From Anaerolineales bacterium (GTDB lineage Bacteria > Chloroflexota > Anaerolineae > Anaerolineales > RBG-16-64-43), in contig DATEAT010000129.1 in NCBI GenBank assembly GCA_035288225.1, forward strand, positions 1,010 to 65,009: DNA of 64,000 nucleotides, in the 5' to 3' direction. A program made the translations under genes and the position numbers. This document shows, in pieces, positions 9,952 to 18,921 of this stretch; position 1 is the stretch's first letter; every line of letters begins with the position of its first letter. The notes beneath the pieces are model-generated. The model searched no databases. It had not been told where the DNA came from and was given only the letters and a program-made list of their open reading frames with translations.

Positions 9952-10497
9952 ATGTTCTCCTCTTTGTGGTGGCGGGTCGGGCGGTTCGTGAGAACCTCAC
10001 CGGCACGTCTCTTCCTCCTGGCGGGTGTTGTCGTTGCAGGTGCGTTGGCTCTCTCGGGATCGGCCGCGCCGGCCGGCACCACCCAACCGATGGCCTTCAA
10101 CCATCAAGTCATGGTGCAAGCCGGCGTGCAGTGTCTGTTCTGCCACAATGATGCACTGCGCTCGCCCTCGCCCGGCATGCCCAGCGTGGGACTGTGCATG
10201 GGCTGCCATAAGACAATCGCCGCCGAGCGCCCGGCCATCAAGCAACTCGCCGATTACTATGCGCGCGGCGAGCCCATCCCCTGGGCGCGCGTCAACTACG
10301 TGCCTCGCTTTGTCTACTTCAGCCACAAAGTCCATCTCACGGCGGGCGGCCTCAACTGCGAGAATTGCCATGGCGATGTGGGCCACATGAAGGAGGTCGA
10401 GCCCGTGGCGAGGATGAGCATGGGCTGGTGCCTCGATTGTCATTCCAAACAAACCAATGCGCCGCAATTGCGCGACTGTGTCATCTGTCACCGCTAG
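9952..10497 (+). CDS. actA: Alternative complex III subunit ActA, pentaheme cytochrome c
   Basis: AGGAGG RBS before ATG 9952. N-terminal TM anchor. Five CXXCH motifs (CLFCH, CMGCH, CENCH, CLDCH, CVICH). First gene of an act-type operon. Confidence 0.85.
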   Translation: MFSSLWWRVGRFVRTSPARLFLLAGVVVAGALALSGSAAPAGTTQPMAFNHQVMVQAGVQCLFCHNDALRSPSPGMPSVGLCMGCHKTIAAERPAIKQLADYYARGEPIPWARVNYVPRFVYFSHKVHLTAGGLNCENCHGDVGHMKEVEPVARMSMGWCLDCHSKQTNAPQLRDCVICHR

Positions 10498-10506
10498 GAG
10501 AGCGAC

Positions 10507-12693
10507 ATGACCGAGAAGATCTCACGCCGTGATTTCCTCCGGCTGGGGGCGGCCGGCGCCGCGACCGGTGTGCTGGCAGGATGCACCTCGCCCCGGCGCT
10601 GGGTTGTGCTGGAACCGTTTGTCCGTCCTCCGGAACAGCAAGTCTCGGGCGTTGCCACGTGGTACGCCACGACGTGCCGCCAGTGCCCGGCCGGTTGCGG
10701 GGTGATCGTTCGTCTCATGAATGGACGCGCGGTGAAACTGGAGGGCAACCCCGAGCATCCACTCAACCGCGGCAAGCTGTGCGCACGCGGTCAGGCCGGG
10801 CTGCAGATGCTGTACCACCCGGATCGTCTGAGCGGACCACTGCTGCAGTCCACGCGCGGCTCACGCGAGTTCTCCGCCATCGATTGGAATGAAGGCATCA
10901 ACCGATTGTTCCAGGCGCTCGAAAAGGCCGGCCCGGCCGTGGCGGTTTTTGGCGGCGCAACCATGTCGGACCACTTGTTCGACTTGTTCTCGAGGCTGCT
11001 GGCAGCCGTCGACGCTCCGGCGCCGGTGATCTACGACCTTTACACGGAACTAGGCGGCTACCGCATGCTTGCGCAAGCCATGGGTCAAGTCTACGGGCGC
11101 GCGGCCTTACCGGCCTACCGGTTGGCGGAGGCCGATGTGGTCTTCTCCTTCGGCGCGGAGTTCCTGGGCACGTGGACCTCGGCCGTCCGCTACGGCGTCG
11201 AGTACGGCGCGTTCCGCAGTCAACCTTACGGCAAGCGGGGTCTGTTGGTCCACTTCGAGCCGCGCCAGTCCTCAACGGCCGTCACGGCCGATGATTACGT
11301 TGCCATTGCGCCGGGAAGCGAAGGGCTTGTGGCCGGGGCCTTGTTGCGGATCATCGCCGACGGCAACCTGGGTTTGCCTGGGCGCGCGGAGAGCGCACGC
11401 GGGCTTGCGCCATCGCTGGATGTCGATCAGGCCGCGCGCGAATCCGGGATTCCACTGGAGGCGCTTCAACGTTGGGCGCGGCGTTTTGCCGAGGCAGAAC
11501 GCGCCGTGGCGATCCCCGGCGGCGCGCTGGCCGGGTCTTCGAATGGGATGCATGCCGCGCGGGCCATCGAGGCGCTCAACGTAGTGTCCGGGAGTGCACC
11601 GGCTGGCGTGAATACAACGCCCCCCGACCTCGGGTTGGCGCGCAAGTCGCTCAATACATTTGCGGATGTTCAATCGCTTATCGCGCGCATGCGCGCCGGC
11701 GAGGTCCAAGTGCTTCTGATTCACAGCACCAATCCGGCCTATGAACTCCCCGCAGCGGCCGGGTTCCTCGAGGCGCTGGCCCAAGTGCCGCTGGTCGTCT
11801 CCTTCGGGCCGATCGTCGATGAGACGGCTGTCTGGTCCGATCTCATCCTGCCCGATCGCTCGTACCTCGAATCGTTCGGTTACGAGGTAGTGTCGCCCGA
11901 CTTCGGATCGCCGGTGGTATCGAGCCAGCAGCCGGTCGTAACGCCGGTCTTCGACGCGCGAGCCACGGGCGATGTCCTGTTGACCGTGGCTCGCGGCATC
12001 CCTGCGGCCGCGGCCGCCATGCCCTGGGGCGACGAGGTCGACTACTTGAACCAAATGGTCGCCGGGCTGCCCGAGGCGGCTTACCCGGCGTCGACGCCGG
12101 AAGAAAAGCGCGCGCGCTTCCAACAACACGGCGGCTGGTGGCCGGCGCCCGCGGCGGCGGCACCCGCACTTCGCCCACAGCCCTTCACCGTCACCGCGCA
12201 ACGCGCCGCCTTCGACGGCAACGAGACGGACTACCCGTACTTCCTGCACGTCTATCCTTCGGTATTGCTATCGGATGGGCGCGGTGCCTCCCTGCCGCTC
12301 TTGCAGGGCGTGCCAGACCCGATGACCACCATCGCCTGGCAATCGTGGGTGGAGCTGCACCCCGCAACGGCTGGGCGCCTGGAGATCCGTGACGGCGACC
12401 TGCTGCGCGTGACCTCGCCACATGGCGAGATCGTGGCGGCGGCCTACGTCACCCCGGGCATCCGGCCGGATACGGTCGCCATCCCCGCCGGGCAGGGGCA
12501 CCAGGATTTGGGACGTTACGCCCGCGATCGCGGTTCAAACGTGGTGCAGCTGCTGGGTGCAGCCCTGACCGATGAGGGCGGGGGCCTGCGCTGGAACGGC
12601 GTGCGAGTGGCGCTGGCCCGCACGGGCAAACGAATCGCCACGGCTTCACTGGAGAGCAAGGTGGGTGTCACGGAGGGGTTGGGCTATGAGTGA
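10507..12693 (+). CDS. actB1: Alternative complex III subunit ActB, molybdopterin-oxidoreductase-like half (B1)
   Basis: Tat-type signal SRRDFLRLGAAGAATGVLAGC. N-terminal Cys cluster CRQCPAGCG...GKLCARG. Large DMSO-reductase-family-like body. Confidence 0.85.
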   Translation: MTEKISRRDFLRLGAAGAATGVLAGCTSPRRWVVLEPFVRPPEQQVSGVATWYATTCRQCPAGCGVIVRLMNGRAVKLEGNPEHPLNRGKLCARGQAGLQMLYHPDRLSGPLLQSTRGSREFSAIDWNEGINRLFQALEKAGPAVAVFGGATMSDHLFDLFSRLLAAVDAPAPVIYDLYTELGGYRMLAQAMGQVYGRAALPAYRLAEADVVFSFGAEFLGTWTSAVRYGVEYGAFRSQPYGKRGLLVHFEPRQSSTAVTADDYVAIAPGSEGLVAGALLRIIADGNLGLPGRAESARGLAPSLDVDQAARESGIPLEALQRWARRFAEAERAVAIPGGALAGSSNGMHAARAIEALNVVSGSAPAGVNTTPPDLGLARKSLNTFADVQSLIARMRAGEVQVLLIHSTNPAYELPAAAGFLEALAQVPLVVSFGPIVDETAVWSDLILPDRSYLESFGYEVVSPDFGSPVVSSQQPVVTPVFDARATGDVLLTVARGIPAAAAAMPWGDEVDYLNQMVAGLPEAAYPASTPEEKRARFQQHGGWWPAPAAAAPALRPQPFTVTAQRAAFDGNETDYPYFLHVYPSVLLSDGRGASLPLLQGVPDPMTTIAWQSWVELHPATAGRLEIRDGDLLRVTSPHGEIVAAAYVTPGIRPDTVAIPAGQGHQDLGRYARDRGSNVVQLLGAALTDEGGGLRWNGVRVALARTGKRIATASLESKVGVTEGLGYE

Positions 12694-13462
12694 GTTGGAG
12701 ACACGCCTCTTGGATCGAGGTCCGAGCGCCGCGGCGGCGCCCAAGACCGAGCTGCCGTCGCACAAATGGACGATGCTGATCGATCTCGATAAGTGCACCG
12801 GTTGCAACGCCTGCGTCGTGGCGTGCCATGTCGAGAACAACGTGCCCATTCGCAGCGAGCGGGAAGTGATCCGCGGCCACGGCCAGCACTGGATCCGCAT
12901 CGAGCGCTACTGGGAGGGGGAGGGCGACGCGCAGCGCGCCACGTTCCTGCCCATGTTGTGCCAGCAGTGCTCGAATGCGCCGTGCGAGCCGGTCTGCCCG
13001 GTGTACGCTTCGGTGCATAGTGAGCGCGAAAACCTCAACCTGCAGGTCTACAACCGCTGCGTGGGCACGCGCTTCTGCGGCAACAACTGCCCCTACCGCG
13101 CGCGGCAGTTCAACTGGTTTGCGCCCCAGTTCGAAGGACCGATCACCGAGATGCTTAACCCGGACGTGACGGTGCGCAGCGGCGGCGTGATGGAGAAGTG
13201 CACCTTCTGCGTGCAGCGTATTCGCCGGGTGGAAGAAGACGCGCTGGTCGAGGGACGCCCACTGCGCGACGGCGAAATGGTGCCGGCCTGCGCGCAGACC
13301 TGCCCCACGAGCGCCATCGTGTTCGGCGACCGCAGCGACCCCCAGAGCCAGGTGGCGCAGCGGTTGGGCGGGCAGCGTGAGTTCCAGGTGCTCGAACATC
13401 TGGGCACCGCACCCAACGTCTACTACCTCAAGGCGGGAGGGTCCGATGGCGGAGCAGGCTAG
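12686..13462 (+). CDS. actB2: Alternative complex III subunit ActB, 4Fe-4S ferredoxin half (B2)
   Basis: ATG 12686 overlaps the actB1 stop by 8 nt. Multiple Cys clusters (CTGCNACVVAC, CQQCSNAPCEPVCP, CVGTRFCGNNCP, CTFCVQR, CAQTCP), as in NrfC/PsrB-type subunits. Confidence 0.85.
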   Translation: MSELETRLLDRGPSAAAAPKTELPSHKWTMLIDLDKCTGCNACVVACHVENNVPIRSEREVIRGHGQHWIRIERYWEGEGDAQRATFLPMLCQQCSNAPCEPVCPVYASVHSERENLNLQVYNRCVGTRFCGNNCPYRARQFNWFAPQFEGPITEMLNPDVTVRSGGVMEKCTFCVQRIRRVEEDALVEGRPLRDGEMVPACAQTCPTSAIVFGDRSDPQSQVAQRLGGQREFQVLEHLGTAPNVYYLKAGGSDGGAG

Positions 13463-14906
13463 CCTCGAATCACCGGTCTGGAACCGGCCGTTGCCCGACG
13501 ACCCGGAACTCGCCGCACAGGTGCGCGAGATCCGCGAGAAGCATCTGCTGCAGGATGCCCGCCCGCCGGGTGAGGTAGCCGAGAAGGTGCTCGGCCCGAT
13601 GGCGAGATTAGGGCGTGTCTTCTGGCTGGCCTTCGTGGTGCTTGGCGGCCTCACGGCCACCTGGCTGGTGACGTGGGCATACCAGGCCTATCAGGGCATG
13701 GGCGTCACAGGTCTCAACCGCACCATCATGTGGGCGCCCTACATCGTCAACTTCGTGTACTTCATCGGCATCGGCCATGCCGGAACTTTCATTTCCGCGG
13801 CACTGCGCGTGCTCAAGTTCGACTGGCGCGCACCGATCAGCCGCGCCGCTGAGAGCCTGACGGTTTTCGCACTGCTCGTGGCGTTCACCATGCCCCTCAT
13901 CCATATGGGCCGCGTGTGGAAGTTCTACTGGATGCTTCCCTTCCCCAACCAGCGCCAGTTGTGGCCGAACCCGCGCTCGCCGATCTTTTGGGACATGACC
14001 GCCATCTTCACCTACCTCACCTGCAGCATGCTCTTCATGTATCTGGGCATCCTGCCGGATATTGCCACCGCCCGTGAGAAGTCCAGCGGCTGGCGCAAGC
14101 GACTGTACACCGTGCTGGCACTCGGATGGCGGGGGACCGACCGTGAGTGGAAGCACCTCGACACCACGCTCAACATCTTCAGCTACGGCATCATCCCGGT
14201 GATGTTCTCCGTGCACACCGTCGTCTCGTGGGATTTCGCCATGACCCTCCAGCCGGGATGGAACAGCACCATCTTCGGCCCGTATTTCGTGGTGGGCGCG
14301 CTGTACTCCGGGGTAGGTGCGGTCATCATCATCATGGCCATCTTGCGCAAAGCGCTGCACTTGGAGTACTTCTTGCGCGACGAGCACTTCAACGCGATGG
14401 GCAAGTTCCTGCTCATCCTCTCCTTCACCTGGGTTTACTTCTACTTCAACGACTACCTGCTGCCGTGGTATCACAAGGAACCGATCCTGACAGTCATCTT
14501 CCGCCTGTTCACATCCGGCTGGGCCGCGCCCCTGTGGTTCACGATGCTCATCGCCAACATCCTCGTTCCCTGGGCCACGCTCTGGTCGCGCAAGGTGCGA
14601 TCGTCGATCCCGGCGCTCGTGGGCGTGGCGCTGCTCGTTCAGGTCGGCATGTATATCGAACGCTACCTGATCGTGGCGGTGATGCTGGGTTACCCGGAAT
14701 TGCCGTTCAACTGGTCGGTGTACATCCCGCGCCTGCCGGAGATCCTCATCACCCTGGGCGTGTTCGCTTTCGTGGTGCTGGGCATCACCGTGCTCAGCCG
14801 CCTGGTGCCGATCATCCCCATCTGGGAAGTGGTGGAAGGCCAGTTGCTGCAAGGCACGCGGCGCATCGGTCGGGCCATCTTCCCCGCCAAGACCGAAGCC
14901 GACTAG
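13446..14906 (+). CDS. actC: Alternative complex III subunit ActC, NrfD/PsrC-like polytopic membrane quinol-interacting subunit
   Basis: RBS GGGAGG before ATG 13446, which overlaps the actB2 stop. About 10 hydrophobic helices. NrfD-like sequence (WAPYIVNFVYFIGIGHAGTFISA...). Confidence 0.85.
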   Translation: MAEQASLESPVWNRPLPDDPELAAQVREIREKHLLQDARPPGEVAEKVLGPMARLGRVFWLAFVVLGGLTATWLVTWAYQAYQGMGVTGLNRTIMWAPYIVNFVYFIGIGHAGTFISAALRVLKFDWRAPISRAAESLTVFALLVAFTMPLIHMGRVWKFYWMLPFPNQRQLWPNPRSPIFWDMTAIFTYLTCSMLFMYLGILPDIATAREKSSGWRKRLYTVLALGWRGTDREWKHLDTTLNIFSYGIIPVMFSVHTVVSWDFAMTLQPGWNSTIFGPYFVVGALYSGVGAVIIIMAILRKALHLEYFLRDEHFNAMGKFLLILSFTWVYFYFNDYLLPWYHKEPILTVIFRLFTSGWAAPLWFTMLIANILVPWATLWSRKVRSSIPALVGVALLVQVGMYIERYLIVAVMLGYPELPFNWSVYIPRLPEILITLGVFAFVVLGITVLSRLVPIIPIWEVVEGQLLQGTRRIGRAIFPAKTEAD

Positions 14907-14915
14907 GAGGCAGGC

Positions 14916-15944
14916 ATGGCCGACACTCAACTTCTGGGTCTGTTCAACGAAGCCGCTTCCACAGCCGAGGTGATCGAGCGCCTGCGTCGCGCGGGTGTGC
15001 GCGATGAACAGGTGTCGGTCATCAGCAGTGTGCCCTATCGGTCGCGCATGCTGCGCCGGCCCGAAATCACCAGCCGCATTTCGGCGGTCGCAGGCATCGG
15101 CGCCCTGGCCGGCGTCGTGATCGGGCTGGCGATCACTTTCGGCACGTATCTGCTCAATCCGCTTCCCGTGGGAGGCCAGCCGCAATTCCCGATTCCGCCC
15201 ACCCTGATCGTCGTCTTCGAAGTGATGATGCTGGGCATGATGTGGTCCGCCTTCGGCGCGTTCATGTTCATCAACCGTATGCCGGTGTTCGGCCGGCTGC
15301 CGTTCAGTGAGCATGTGGCCGACGGTTTGATCGGCGTGCTGGTGCAGGCTGAAGAAGGCCGTGCGGCCGGCATCGAACGGCTGCTTCGTGAGGCGGGCGC
15401 CTCCGAAGTGCAGCGCTTCGACAATTCGGCGCGTGCCGACAATGCCACCTGGATGAAGGTGGTGGGCGGCGCGGGATTGGCGGCCACGCTCGCTCTGGTG
15501 GTGGTGGTCATGCTCGCCTACGAGGTCATCAAGATCCCCTTCCCGACCAACATGGCCGACACGGTTGCGATCGCCCACTTGCAAGGTCCGCGGCTGGCCG
15601 CGCCGGCCGAGGCCGTGCCGGTCCAGGGTCCCGTTTTCATTGCCGGTATGCCGGCCATCCCCCAGGTCGCCTCATCTCCCGCCTCCATTCAGCGCGGGCA
15701 GGTGCTATTTGGCATCAACTGCATCATGTGCCACGGCGAAACGGGGCAGGGCAATGGGCGGCTGGCCACCTACTTCAACCCCAAACCGGCTGATCTCACG
15801 GGCGAGAAGGTGCGCGCCTTCGCCGACAGCGACATCTTTCTGGTCATCTCGCTGGGCCGCGGGCAAATGCCCAGCCTGGCCGAGAATCTTTCTCCGGCCT
15901 CACGCTGGGATGTGATCAACTATGTGCGCAGCTTGCAGAAGTAG
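14916..15944 (+). CDS. actDE: ActD (DUF3341-like membrane subunit) fused to an ActE-like monoheme cytochrome c
   Basis: RBS AGGAGG. N-terminal soluble part MADTQLLGLFNEAASTAEVIERLRRAGV, then two TM helices, a linker, a third TM helix (VVGGAGLAATLALVVVVMLAY) and a C-terminal class I cytochrome c domain with CIMCH. Confidence 0.75.
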   Translation: MADTQLLGLFNEAASTAEVIERLRRAGVRDEQVSVISSVPYRSRMLRRPEITSRISAVAGIGALAGVVIGLAITFGTYLLNPLPVGGQPQFPIPPTLIVVFEVMMLGMMWSAFGAFMFINRMPVFGRLPFSEHVADGLIGVLVQAEEGRAAGIERLLREAGASEVQRFDNSARADNATWMKVVGGAGLAATLALVVVVMLAYEVIKIPFPTNMADTVAIAHLQGPRLAAPAEAVPVQGPVFIAGMPAIPQVASSPASIQRGQVLFGINCIMCHGETGQGNGRLATYFNPKPADLTGEKVRAFADSDIFLVISLGRGQMPSLAENLSPASRWDVINYVRSLQK

Positions 15945-15992
15945 TGCGCGCTGCGGCCAGGCGCGCGTGGCGCCCGGCGACTGGAGGGCCTT

Positions 15993-16427
15993 ATGCCACA
16001 TCGAACTCTCATGACTCTGGCTGCTCTCGCTGGGCTGCTGGCTTTGGTGGGCTGCGTTGCCAACCCGCCGCTACCCGGTCCCACTCCCATCGCCCCAGTG
16101 GCCGGTCCCCTAGCCACACTCGATCCGCGGCTTGGCGCGGCCGCCAGACCGATCGCTTCCGGCACAGCAGGCGACGCTCAGGCCGGCGGCGAACTCTTCC
16201 AGAAGACGTGCAGTGCTTGCCATGGTCCAGAAGGCGTTGGGCTGACCGCCCCCTCGCTTAAGACGAGCACATTCGTTGCAGGCGCCAGCGACCAGGAGCT
16301 CTTTGACACGATTGCCAAAGGCCGCATCGAGAAGGGCATGCCCCCATGGTCCAGCGCCTCTGGCGGTGTGCTCTCCGACGAGCAGATCCTCGCTCTGGTG
16401 GCTTACGTGCGGGAGCTTCAAGATTAG
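15993..16427 (+). CDS. Monoheme c-type cytochrome lipoprotein
   Basis: RBS GGAGGG. Signal plus lipobox LAGLLALVGC, one CSACH heme motif and a distal Met region (KGMPPW). Last gene of the act cluster. Confidence 0.8.
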   Translation: MPHRTLMTLAALAGLLALVGCVANPPLPGPTPIAPVAGPLATLDPRLGAAARPIASGTAGDAQAGGELFQKTCSACHGPEGVGLTAPSLKTSTFVAGASDQELFDTIAKGRIEKGMPPWSSASGGVLSDEQILALVAYVRELQD

Positions 16428-16546
16428 CCGGATTCGGGGAGGCGGTCGCGAGAAGAGGAAAGGGTTCCGCTCGGGCAGCCTCAAGCCGAGTCGCCGCGCC
16501 GGATCGAGCCCATGAGAGGCGTCGTGTACTGTCGAACAAGATTCAC

Positions 16547-16581
16547 AAGGCCCCCTCGGCTTGAGGGGGCCTTTGTATTTT
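16547..16581 (+). terminator. Rho-independent terminator after the act/cytochrome c operon
   Basis: Perfect 11-bp stem AAGGCCCCCTC / GAGGGGGCCTT with loop GGCTT, followed by TGTATTTT. Confidence 0.7.
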
Positions 16582-16629
16582 CACACCCTGGAGCCTGCGA
16601 CTGCGCGAGGCACAGGGCTCACACCCGGC

Positions 16630-17034
16630 TCAAGATGAACCAGCCTCGCTAGGCGCCTCGGCGTCTTCCGCATCTTGCATCTGTACCCGACCTTTGAGAA
16701 ACCCTCCCTCTTCAGTGCTCAGGCTGCCCGTCGTGACATCGCCCCAGACCCGGCCGGTGCGGGTGATGTGAACGCGAGAGGCAACAATATTGGCCTGCAC
16801 GGTGCCGGCGACGGATATCGATTGGGCGCGGATTTCCTCCGAGATGACTTTGGCCGTCTCGCCGACCACCAGTAGCCCGTCGAGCTGGATCTTGCCCTCG
16901 AAGCTGCCCTCCAGCCGAACCCCGCCCTTGCCGGTAAGGGTCCCCTGCAGAGCGATGCCTGGCCCGAGAACACTCTCGACCTTGGCCGCCGGGCGAATCG
17001 TGTCGGGTACCTTGGGATTCTCTTTGCGCAGCAT
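16630..17034 (-). CDS. Bactofilin family cytoskeletal protein
   Basis: Beta-helical bactofilin repeats (GPGIALQGTLTGKGGVRLEGSFEGKIQLDGLLVVGETAKV...ISVAGTVQANIVASRVHITRTGRVWGDV) and an acidic tail. ATG 17034 preceded by GGAGG (alternative ATG 17079; the track starts at 17133). Confidence 0.8.
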   Translation of the reverse strand: MLRKENPKVPDTIRPAAKVESVLGPGIALQGTLTGKGGVRLEGSFEGKIQLDGLLVVGETAKVISEEIRAQSISVAGTVQANIVASRVHITRTGRVWGDVTTGSLSTEEGGFLKGRVQMQDAEDAEAPSEAGSS

Positions 17035-17095
17035 CCAGCCTCCGCCGGCCCGCTCATACGGGTCGTCGACGAATCGCATGATCACCGAAGCTATC

Positions 17096-17371
17096 TCAGC
17101 CGCCGCCGATAGCCAAGAACAGATCGAGCACATCCGCGTCGTGAACCAGTGGCAGCGCGCCTCTCTCCCCCCGCCACTGGGTGCCGTTGATCACCACGAC
17201 CAGGTGTTCGGCGGGCCCTCCCCCCTCGCCCAACAGTGAAGGGCCAAGCTTGGGGTGCAGGCGGACGATCTGTGCCAGGACCTCAGCCAGCGGCGTCGGC
17301 TGGCGGAGGTCGAGGGTCAACGAGCGCGACCCCGCTTGCAGGCGAAGGAAGGAATTCAGACGGACTTCCAT
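17096..17371 (-). CDS. MoaD/ThiS-family ubiquitin-like small protein with C-terminal Gly-Gly
   Basis: 91 aa ending ...LFLAIGGG. The beta-grasp-like pattern (MEVRLNSFLR...VVVINGTQW...VHDADVLDLFLAIGGG) is typical of sulfur-carrier proteins. Confidence 0.65.
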   Translation of the reverse strand: MEVRLNSFLRLQAGSRSLTLDLRQPTPLAEVLAQIVRLHPKLGPSLLGEGGGPAEHLVVVINGTQWRGERGALPLVHDADVLDLFLAIGGG

Positions 17372-17404
17372 GACAAGAGAAGGTTCAAGACCGAGGTCGG
17401 CGAC

Positions 17405-18262
17405 TCAAATTGCGAAAAAGCTGACGCCCACGGTGCCCGGGCCGGAGTGCACGGCGAGCGCCGGCGAGAGGCTGCCGGTGATCACTTCCACGCACTCGAT
17501 AACGCTCTCGAACTTGCGGCGCAGCTCGCCGGCTTCTTCGGGCACCCCGACGTGAGTGAAGGCGGCGCGAACTTTGGCACCCTCGCCGACGAACTTGCGA
17601 GCGATTTCCACCATGCGCGCATACGCCGTCGGCCGGGTGCGCGCCGCGCCCAGGGCCACGATCGAACCCTGTTCGATGCCGATCAGCGGCTTGATGTTGA
17701 GCAGCGACCCCACCAGGTGCTGGGCTCGCCCGATGCGCCCGCCCATGTAGAGGTAGCGCAGCGTGTCGGCGGTCTGAATCATCATCGCGCGGCGCGAGAC
17801 TTCGATCGCGCGCGCCGTCACTTCGCGCAGGTCCGCGCCTTGCAGCGCAGTCCGTGCGGCCTCGATCGCCGCCCAACCGTGCGACATGGCCACCCGCAAA
17901 GTGTCGATCACCTCCACCTGGATTTCGGGCATTTTCTCGCGAAGCAATACGACCGCCGCTTTGCAGGATTGGTAAGCGCCGCTCCCCTTGGAGGTCATCG
18001 TGAGAGCGACGATCTGCTTCGTCGTTCGGGCCAGGTCCTGCAAACCTGCCAGGTAGTCTCCGGGGCTGGGGTTGGCGGTCGTAGGCAGGCTGACGGCCCG
18101 GCGCAAGTAAGCGACGAATTCATCCGGACGGATATCCACCATGTCCCGCAGGGTCTCGAGGCCCCGATGCACGTAGTAGGGCACGAGGCGGATGCCGAGA
18201 TCCTTCGCCAGAAATTCGGGGATGGCGGCCGTAGTATCTGTGAGAATGCCAACGCTGGACAT
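17405..18262 (-). CDS. DegV family fatty-acid-binding protein
   Basis: From ATG 18262: MSSVGILTDTTAAIPEFLAKDLGIRLVPYYV...TTANPSPGDY...TMTSKGSGAYQS...GGRIG, the DegV pattern. The track ORF runs upstream to 18865, but those 201 residues are Arg/Pro-rich and look non-coding. Confidence 0.9.
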   Translation of the reverse strand: MSSVGILTDTTAAIPEFLAKDLGIRLVPYYVHRGLETLRDMVDIRPDEFVAYLRRAVSLPTTANPSPGDYLAGLQDLARTTKQIVALTMTSKGSGAYQSCKAAVVLLREKMPEIQVEVIDTLRVAMSHGWAAIEAARTALQGADLREVTARAIEVSRRAMMIQTADTLRYLYMGGRIGRAQHLVGSLLNIKPLIGIEQGSIVALGAARTRPTAYARMVEIARKFVGEGAKVRAAFTHVGVPEEAGELRRKFESVIECVEVITGSLSPALAVHSGPGTVGVSFFAI

Positions 18263-18921
18263 GCCAGATCTCCCGTGGCACCGGCGAGCATTACCCCGTG
18301 CTGTTCGGTCGTGCGGGCGAATTCGCGGCGGGGGCGAGAATGCCGTCGGTCCGAATAGAAGTATAGCGCAAGAACCGCGGTTGCTCGGTGTTCGGCCCGG
18401 GCGTATCGAACGAAAGCCCTCAAGGATCTGTTCTGCGGCCGCCGCTGCATGCGGCGCGCTGCCGGCTTTGGAGTGGACCGCCCCCGCCGCGTCCGGAATT
18501 TGCCACCGGGCCTCGGCAAGCAAATCGGGCAAGGCATCTATCCTCCAAATTCGGAATGAGCCAGGCCAGGTGCCCTGGCCTCCGTGTCCCTCCCGGGAAC
18601 CCTTTCGGAAAAGGTCACACAACTTGCGTTTTCGGTTCTTTCGGATGATAGTACCGAGGGGTCTCCCGTCGGCGAGTTTTGGCCCAACGTCCGTCTTAGA
18701 ATTGCTGGTCGGTCTCAGGCTGCACTGGAACCTCAGAGCAGAGGTCGTCTGACCGGGACAAGGCGTCTGTCCGTTCGAGGCAACGCCTGTCATGTGCGCC
18801 GCAGATGCGGCCGGTCGCGGGCGGTCTCTCACGGTCTGGGGAATACCACATGCGACCGGCCTCAAACCGGTGAGCGACTCTCGCAGCGAGTTCCGTTTGT
18901 TTGGCCCAACATGAGGACATC

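Noticed and set aside
13608-15584. A 658-aa minus-strand ORF antisense to actC/actDE. Similar long antisense ORFs lie at 36202..38043, 42131..43339, 27159..28340, 29166..30692, 31283..32656, 17255..18358, 24525..25571, 47755..48690 and 53992..54951.
   Set aside because: They are Arg/Gly/His/Asp/Pro-rich low-complexity translations with no motifs. Each lies opposite a gene with clear family signatures. This is the typical stop-codon-poor antisense frame of high-GC DNA.
18263-18865. The N-terminal 201-residue extension of the DegV ORF (the track ORF is 17405..18865).
   Set aside because: The extension is Arg/Pro/Gly-rich with no DegV similarity. A canonical DegV N-terminus (MSSVGILTDTTA) begins at ATG 18262.
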